From Octopus vulgaris (Eukaryota), in assembly GCA_951406725.2 (NCBI GenBank), contig OX597839.1, positions 24,180,001 to 24,244,000 on the forward strand: DNA of 64,000 nucleotides, written 5' to 3'. Positions within the stretch are counted from its first letter, which is position 1; every line of letters begins with the position of its first letter. The notes under the pieces are model-generated. The model saw only the letters and a program-made list of their open reading frames with translations. It did not search any database and was not told the DNA's origin. Positions 55,705 through 64,000 of the stretch are shown here, piece after piece. Both the position numbers and the translations under genes were made by a program.

Positions 55705-55898
55705 CACACACACACGAAGGGCTTCTTTCAGTTCCCGTCTACCACATCTACTCACAAGGCTTTGGTCGGCCCGGGGCTATAGTAGAAAAAAAACTTTTTC
55801 TCAATGTTCAACACAGTGGGACTGAACCCGGAATCATGTGTTTGAGAAATCAAGCTTCTTACCACACAGCTACGCCTGCATCAACCTCTCTCTCTCCC

Positions 55899-55931
<33 letters not shown>

Positions 55932-56318
55932 TTGTGAATGATTAAGATGGCCGGTATTCAATAAAGTACTTCACACTTGTTGAAAATGAGGAGGGGAAGA
56001 GTGTGTGCGTGCGTATCTCGAAATATCGATGCCACACCTGTTCAAGTGCTGAGAGCTTTTCTCCTTACCTGTCTACGCTGGCTATATTGATAATATCACC
56101 GGTTATATTGATGATATATAAAAAAAACATACTGCACAATATTTATAAGAGTCAAATTAAGAAGGAAACACTAAGAAAGTAAAAAAAAAAGAAATTGAGA
56201 AAATGACACCACTTTGCAATAAGAAGTACTAAAAAGTTACTTAGTGTCACGAGTGCTTCCCTGGGGTGTCAACTATGGATTTTGATCTCTCGATTTACAC
56301 ACACACACACACGTATAT

Positions 56319-56968
56319 TAAGGCGGCGAGCTGGCAGAAACGTTGACACGCCGGGCGAAATGCGTAGCCGTATTTCGTCTGCCGTTACGTTCTGAGTTCA
56401 AATTCCGCCGAGGTCGACTTTGCCTTTCATCCTTCCATTCTTTCGGGGTCAATAAATTAAGTAATCGACTTAATCCGTTGGTCTGTCCTTGTTTGTCCTC
56501 TCTGTGTTTAGCCCCTTGTGGGTAGTAAAGAAATAGGTATTTCGTTTGCCGTTACGTACTGAGTTCAAATTCCACCGCGGTTGACATTGCCTTTCAATCC
56601 TTTCGAGGTCGATTAAATAAGTACCAGTTACGCACTGGGGGGGGATTGATGTAATTGATTCATTGCCCTCCCCCAAAATTGCTGCCCTTGTGGCAAAATT
56701 TGAAACTATTATTACTATTATTATCATCGTCCTTAAGGCGATGAGCTGGCAGAATCGTTAGCACGCCCGACGAAATGCTTATTGGCATTTTGTCTGCCGT
56801 TACGTTCTGAGTTCAAATTCCGCTGAGGTTGACTTTGTCTTTCATCCTTTCGAGGTCGATTAAAGAAGTACCAGTTACGCACTGGGATCGATCTAATCGA
56901 CTTAATCCGTTTGTCTGTCCTTGCTTGTCCCCTCAGTGTTTAGCCCCCTGTGGGCAATAAAGAAATAA
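56319..56968 (+). mobile_element. SINE family B dimer plus a third full copy
   Basis: Units 56319-56535, 56536-56725 (headless, tail 2) and 56735-56968. Confidence 0.88.
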
Positions 56969-57140
56969 ATATTCATTTCAAGAAAAGTCGACTTTGGTAA
57001 CACTTGAAATTATTATTCAATTTCCGAAGAACACCTAAGCGTCTATTTAAAGAGTGATGGCCATCACCCCACAATGGAAGCAAAACAAAACCAAAAAGAC
57101 GAAATTTTATTTCTGTATATTGTTTAAAGACTCAGGTGTA

Positions 57141-57915
57141 ACTCTTTACTCTTTTACTTGTTTCAGTCATTTGACTGCGGCCATGCTGGAGCACTGCCTT
57201 TAATCGAGCAACTCGATCCCGGGACTTATTCTTTTGTAAGCCCAGTACTTATTCTATCGGTCTCTTTTGCCGAACCGCTAAGTAACGGGGACATAAACAC
57301 ACCAGCATCAGTTGTCAAGCAATGCTAGGGGGACAAACACAGACACACAAACGCATATATATATATATATATACACATACATATATACGACGGACTTCTT
57401 TCAGTTTCCGTCTACCAAATCCACTCACAAGGCATTGGTCGGCCCGAGGCTATAGTAGAAGATACTTGCCCATGTGGTTGGTAAACAAGCTACTTACCAC
57501 ACAGCCACTCCTGCGCCTATGTGCGCCTGTGTGGCAAGAGGTTTGCTTTCCGACCACGTGGTTCAGGGTCCAATACTACTGTGTGACACTTTCCGCAAGT
57601 GTCGCCTGCTATAGAGTCGGTCCGACCAAAGCCTTGTAAATGGATTTGGTAGATGGAAACTGGAAGAAGCCCATTTTATGTATACATATATTTATTTATG
57701 AGTCATTGCATCTGTGTTTGTCCCCCACCACCACTTGACAACCGGTGTTAGTGTGTTTACGTTCCCGTAACTTAGCGGTTCGGCAAAAAAGACGAACAGA
57801 ATAAGTACCAGGTTTTAAAAAAAAATTAAGTAATGAGGTCGACTAGAACGACTGAAATTCTTCAAGGCATGCTCCAGCATGGCCGCAGTCAAATGAATGG
57901 AACGAGTAAAGGTAA
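57141..57915. mobile_element. Two SINE family A copies, head to head
   Basis: Minus copy 57141-57520; older plus copy about 57520-57915. Confidence 0.85.
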
Positions 57916-58517
57916 CAGATATGTCAAGTTAAAAATTAAAAATAATAAACTCCAAAAACTGCGCTAAACGAGGGTCGTCGTGTAAATTGAGGTGCAACTG
58001 CACTAAATTTGCAATTCAGTTGAACGACTCGACCGACATAACAAACATGGCTGAAACATTCGTCAGATGTGAAAACGGCGTACACGAGGACTTAAAAATC
58101 TTGTCTGATCTCATCTTGTATCCATGTTGTTTATATCTGCAGAGTTTCATTTTGTCATTAAATTTTGTCAGATATAATCACGTACAACTGATTCTTTATA
58201 TATATACTTATTAAATTTACCAGCAGTTAAACGGGGGATCGCGAAGAGGTCAGGAGAGAGAAAAAAGTTTAAGAAATGTTTGCCAGGTTAGAAGGGAAAC
58301 GACCGCATGTTTCTCTAGTTGAAGCCACCAACACGAGAAATTACGAAGAGAAATGCATCGAGCAAACGTTGACAGATTGTAAAAAGGCCAAATGGCGGAC
58401 CCTGCAATTAAATTATACAATTTAATTACAATTTAACTTTCGACAATCTTATGCTGTTCGAGGCTTCTAAACTGTTGACATTGTTCTATTGTCTCTAATT
58501 GTGTGCTGCTGGTTTAA

Positions 58518-58871
58518 GTGGAGGCGCAATGGCCCAGTGGTTAGGGCAGCGGACTCGCGGTCGTAGGATCGCGGTTTCGATTCCCAGACCGGGCGTTGTG
58601 AGTGTTTATTGAGCGAAAACACGAGGCTCCGGCAGGCATGGTGGTGATCCCTGCTGTACTCTTTCACCACAACTTTCTCTCACTCTTACTTCCTGTTTCT
58701 GTTGTACATGTATTTCAATGGGCCGGCCTTGTCACTCTCTGTGTCACGCTGAATATCCCCGAGAACTACAGTAAGGGGACACGTGTCTGTGGAGTGCTCA
58801 GCCACTTACACGTTAATTTCACGGATCAATCGGAACCCTCATCGTCGTAACCGACGGAGTGCTTCTTCTTC
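58518..58871 (+). mobile_element. SINE family C-related copy (tail 2) with TSD
   Basis: 14-bp TSD tgctgctggtttaa (58504-58517, 58872-58885); A box tggcccagtgg; B box ggtttcgattcc. Confidence 0.9.
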
Positions 58872-59844
58872 TGCTGCTGGTTTAACAATGGTGGAAGGAA
58901 CGGGTCGTTGTTGATGTTGCTTCAACAAAGCAACAGGAACCGCAGTATAGGAATTCCGAGAGATCTGAGATATGGAGACGTTACATGAAAACGGCTCCAT
59001 AACTTCACGGACATAGCTCTCGCTAACTCTCCCACCTTCCACTGCCAGTTTCGCGACCATGCTTCTGGAATCATGGATGTAGTTCGGTACAGCATATAAC
59101 TACGTCTTCCTTTATACATTGAACGATGCGCCTGGGAAGAGAAGCAAAATGGTCTTTCCAAATATTCTGTTGCATTTATCCATTATGATGTTTTACTAAA
59201 CAACCAGATTACATTATCAAATCATCAGAGACTGTGTAATAAACGCTTAAGGTTAAAGAATTTATCTAAATAATTTCTTGGGCCCTAATTAAGGAAGAAT
59301 TTAGATTCTGCTGGAACGTCGGGTCGAATGTTAAGGTTCGGTGTTTCGCCTATTACACAATCTCTGAGGATTTGATGAAGAGGAAGATATGTGAATGTAA
59401 GATATAATCATGAACAGCAGATTGATTTATTAATGAAATGCACGTGAGAATTTGTTGAATAAACGCATAAATCTATCCCCCACCTCTTTTACACACACAC
59501 ACCCACACACACAGCAGGCCGTGATAAGGATTCCAATGAAGTGGCCTTCCTGAAGGTGTGAGGGGGTGACTTCTAGGATAGATTACCTGAGTAGACAGAA
59601 CTGTTGTCCATGGGAGAATTTATCGCCTTGGTTATGCAAAGTTGTAAGCCGTTAGTTTAACAATTCAACTTGAATTTTAAAGAAACTCTGTCAATGAGTA
59701 ACTATTAGCTATTACAACTTAAACAGTTGTTACCGCTTGGTCCCGGGTTAGCCACAGTGGCACATTCTCTGGATATGTCCCTTTATTTCTAGGGATTTTG
59801 GGTGTCCTATTTCTTGAACGTTGAGTGAGTATATTTGTGTGTAA

Positions 59845-59890
<46 letters not shown>

Positions 59891-60678
59891 AGAGGAAGAG
59901 GGGGGAGAGGGAGCAGGACTGGTGGTGAAATAACAGCAGAGGGTCAACCCGGTGCACACTCCACTTAGCTGCTTGGTGCGAACAAGACCTTAATCCTGAG
60001 GGGACTCCGGGGTGGTGACAAGATTTGTAGGGTGTGGAATACTAAACTAGAACAGAAGACAGGGGAACAAGTCGGGCAACAGCAGCAGCAGCGGCAGAAG
60101 GACGGGGGGGAGGGGGAGGTGGGTAGAGGGACGGGGGGGGAGGGAAGGAGGGATGGGTGGGGGGGGGAGTGGGCAAAGCCAGCAAGCTATACAAACGAGA
60201 GATGGGGGGGTAGGGGAACTATTTACACAGCAACAGAAGCCCAAGTCAACAAGACTCGAGCGGCGGAAAAAAAAAAAGGTTTAGAAAAGAAAATCTCAGA
60301 TATCGGTGATGAAGACGACGGCTATCACATAAAAACAGCCTCTGGGGGGGATACGAAGCCGTGGGTTTGTGGTGATGTTATGGTAATTCTTCTGATGGTT
60401 AGGAATTCACAAACAAAGGCGGTTCAATGTTGAAACGGTGTTTTCTTCGCTATGTAGAACGTGCGCGCGCGCGAATGCGGGTGTGTTTTACAGGCACCCG
60501 TCACAAGTTCTAAGGGCGGCAGGTGTCATTCCAACGTCACTTCGATGTCACTATTTGCCCGAACATAGTTTTTTTTATTAGTAGCCGGGGCTTTATTTTA
60601 TCGACACCAGGTGGGGCGATCACCGTGTCAATTTTGACAAATGTCACAATTCGAGAAGCAATTAAATCACTAAATATA

Positions 60679-61770
60679 TAGTAATACCTCACTTTACGAG
60701 ACCCCGGGTTTACGAGATTGGTTTTATAATAAACTAGCAGTATCGCCCGGCGTTGCTCGGGTTTCTAAGGGAAATAACTATAAAGCATTTTTAGAGAGTT
60801 ATAGCCAAAAAGTAGCAAAAAATGCATTAAAAATGGGGGGAAATGATGGTAATTTTTTTTTTAAATCGTTGACTCATCGTAGACATTTTTAGAGAGTTAC
60901 TTCCCTTATATTAAAAAAATAAGGCATTAAAATGGAAAAAAATGATGGTAAATTATTTTAAAAATCGTAGACTCATCGTAGACGCACGCTAATACCCAGA
61001 AGGGCTCGATATGAATCACGACTATAAGATACCCGGTTTTGGTTACACTGCACCGCAAAATGTGGGAGTAGTTAGGAATCTAAATCGTAGGAGACAGACA
61101 CACAACTTCTCTTTTATATATAAAGACTAGCAGTATCGCCCGGCGTTGCTCGGGTTTGTAAGGGAAATAACTATATAAGCATTTTTAGAGAGTTACTTCC
61201 CTTATAAATTCGGGCTTTCTTAGCCATTTTTGTTTTGGTGTCTTCAAGCCATGAAGTCGTTGTTCTAAAAGAACGCTGGTTTCCTTCACAACGCTTTACG
61301 ACGTTGATTTCTTTACACTCCCTTCCCCACAGCTTCACGAGGGAGGGAAGGGGGAGAAGCAAACAGGTGCAGCTGTGAGCGTGGACGCCAACTCCGCCGC
61401 CATCGACATACGATGCATTTTATGCATTAAAATGGAATAAAAAATGTTAAATTATTTTTAAAATCGTAGACTCATCGTTGACGCGCGCTAATAGTCAGAC
61501 GGGCTCGATATGAATCACGACTATAAGATACCCGAATTTGGTTAAACTGCACCGCAAAATGTGGGAGGAGTTAGGAATCTAAATCGAAGGGGACAGACAC
61601 TCACACAACTACAGTTTTATATATATAGATATACAAAAGTTAAAACAACCATCTACACAGGGACGGAGTAAAATGACGGCATAAAATTCCATTGCTACCA
61701 TGGGAAGTTATTGCTCTGCTTTACGAGCTACCACGGGGGGCAAATTTACTCGTAGAACGAAGCAGTACTG
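60679..61770. mobile_element. Tigger/pogo-like MITE hosting the Helitron dimer
   Basis: Left tagtaatacctcactttacgag and right ctcgtagaacgaagcagtactg|TA form degenerate TIRs. Confidence 0.55.
60734..61629 (-). mobile_element. Non-autonomous Helitron, head-to-tail dimer
   Basis: Each unit runs 5'-TC ... cccgagcaacgccggg hairpin ... CTAG-3'; units 61127-61629 and 60734-61126; A|T target site. Confidence 0.9.
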
Positions 61771-62515
61771 TATACTTGTATAAATATACTTCTTAACACT
61801 TCTCGTTCCTTTGGCAAAGGCCAGGCTGGAACGCCGTCTTCAACAGGCTTAGTCAATCACAACGATCCCCTAACAATGTTTGGCTGTGTGGTAAGAAGTT
61901 TGCTACATGGGTAGTTACATCTTTCAGGTAATTCAGTGAATAAAACCAGTTTACATATTTCTTTTGCATTCTCTTTTTTTATAATTGTCATTTTACTTCT
62001 AACTACACCTTTTCAGTTTTAAAACCCATAAAAAATTATTTTTGAGTGGTTGTTTTGGGAGGCTGAAACGGATTAATTATATTTTAATTAATTTCAATGG
62101 GGGAAAATTGATTCGTAAAACGAGTATATCGTTAAGACGAGCTCAGTCAGGGAACGAATTAAACTCGTACTGCGAGGTATCACTGTACGTATATTTGCAG
62201 GAATCCGAAATCTTTTAAGAGCTTAGGGCCTTTGTGGGTCTTAACCCGGCACCTGGTCCCTATATGAAATGGGACGAGACAGCGTTTGTCATGGCTTAAC
62301 CTACCTACTTCTTTTCACCTCGCTCTAGTGTAAAAAAAAACTGTGATGGATTATTTGCACCACCACGACCACCACCACCCGACCAAACACAACAGAATGA
62401 TCGATTGCGGTAACTTGACAACTTATAAACATGTTGTGGCTTGATAGAATTTCCGCTGAAATTATTCGTGTGTATTAAATTATTATATACACGAGCGCTG
62501 CGTGTGTACAAGCAT

Positions 62516-62517
<2 letters not shown>

Positions 62518-62599
<82 letters not shown>
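62518..62599. repeat. (GA)n microsatellite
   Basis: Seen directly. Confidence 0.99.
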
Positions 62600-62602
<3 letters not shown>

Positions 62603-62638
62603 GTGTGTGTGTGTGTGTGTGTTTTCTACCATGTACAC

Positions 62639-63164
62639 CAGGGATGGGGAAACATTTTAGTGCGGCAGGCAAAAAATTTCCATCGAAAAAATGTCCGTGG
62701 GCGGATCACAGGTTCCGACTCTAATATCTGTGCAAATCCTGTATATATCTATGTATTATAATTCGATATACATTAATAAAGAGCAATTTAACACATTAAA
62801 TTAACGCCTAACATCTTCATTAACGCCGCCACTGGATTTAGGACGTCTATATTACTTATGAGGTATTCTATATTTTTCATCCAGAGTGTACTTGGGTGTC
62901 AAGGGGGTGGCACAAACCTAGCAATAGGCGTTTTATAGTGAAAACAAAATTTCCATTCAAATGGCAATTGCCGGACGATTTCTGACCATTTTAAGTCGTA
63001 GTGGAAACGTGACCTATGTCGCAAATAGGTACACGAGTATTGAATAATTTTTATAATTGAAAAATTTACTATATTTTGTACATACGAGTATATCGGCCTG
63101 TGGGCGCAATAAAATGGGCTTAAGGGCGCAATTGCGCCGGCGAGCGGGGTTTCTCCCATCCCTG
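62639..63164. mobile_element. hAT (Charlie-like) MITE
   Basis: TIRs cagggatggggaaac / gtttctcccatccctg; 8-bp TSD atgtacac / gtgtacac (one mismatch). Confidence 0.85.
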
Positions 63165-63679
63165 GTGTACACAAACAACCTTAACAAGCGACTAATAAAT
63201 AATTCGTGTTCTTCTTACACACAAGAGACTTAACCAAAGGTGACTCGGGTGTTCAAAAGTGAGGCAATAACATCAAAGAGCCACTGAAACCACATCTTGT
63301 CAAATCCACTTCTTCAGATGTCAACATTTTCGTCGCAGCGCTGTGACCAAGTCACTGAAGTGATGAATAAATAGTCGACTTAACAGGAAGTTTTCTTTGT
63401 TGATTATAACTGGTGCAAATGCCTCTTTCACGATATTTAATATCGACTTTCTATTTATCTATCTCTTCATGGGGCTGAATCAAACTGTTTTAACTCCTAA
63501 TAAATGTGTTGAGTCTCTCTCTCTCTCTCGTTTGTCCGGTCATCCGTGTACACACACACACAAGCACCTAAGTGCAAAACAAGGTGGGTAAAAAGTACTT
63601 GAATATAAAAGGCAGAGTAATACACTGTTTTAATCAAGTTGGTGAAAATTTTTTCGGCTTTAATAAAATGTGTGTGTGT

Positions 63680-64000
63680 GAAGCCCTCCTTCGGTCATGA
63701 ATGACCATGGTATTGCACCTAGAAAGTTCCCCTCCGAGGCACAAGTCTGGGCAAGGTTGTTTATGGAAGACCAGCAGTCACCCATGCATACCAGCCTCTC
63801 TTCTCCATGCCACCCATGTTACCCAAGGGAAAGGCAAAGGGGCCAATACAGCTTGGCCCTAGTGACATCGCAACTCATTTCTACAGCTAAGGGAACTGGA
63901 GCAACGTGAAATAAAGTGTCTTGCTCAAGAACACAACACACAGCCTGGTCTGGGAATGGAACTCACTACCTCATGATTGTCAGCCTGATGCTCTAGCCAC
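63680..64000 (-). mobile_element. SINE family C (tail 1), running off window edge
   Basis: Matches 4101-4437. Confidence 0.85.

Noticed and set aside
58839-59161. Coding-like minus-strand ORFs next to the duplicated segment
   Set aside because: No recognisable family, and they overlap the SINE tail and TSD.

Overview
Eukaryotic, AT-rich, repeat-dense sequence with no recognisable intact protein-coding ORF. The repeat content (tRNA-derived CORE- and Meta-domain-like SINEs, very long (TA)/(TACA) tracts, RTE, CR1 and R4/Dong LINE ends) looks like an octopus/cephalopod genome; this is inference from pattern recognition, not a search. Four abundant retroelement families (here called A-D) dominate. 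There are also several DNA-transposon remnants with visible TIRs/TSDs (hAT, piggyBac-like, Tigger-like, DD37D mariner), a tandem Helitron and a Helentron-type element. All long ORFs in the track are microsatellite artefacts. Unique islands suggest the 5' region of a large minus-strand gene with candidate alternative first exons (about 27.3-27.7 kb and 48.4-48.6 kb), but the gene cannot be named. The most interesting structures are: a ~197-bp palindrome with two hammerhead-ribozyme-like motifs (Penelope-like); a SINE insertion whose TSD encloses a copy of nearby unique DNA; a recurrent SINE dimer junction; and a head-to-tail Helitron dimer nested in a MITE. I found no convincing evidence for a new multi-gene system. 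Family names are motif-based, and boundaries of degraded copies are approximate.
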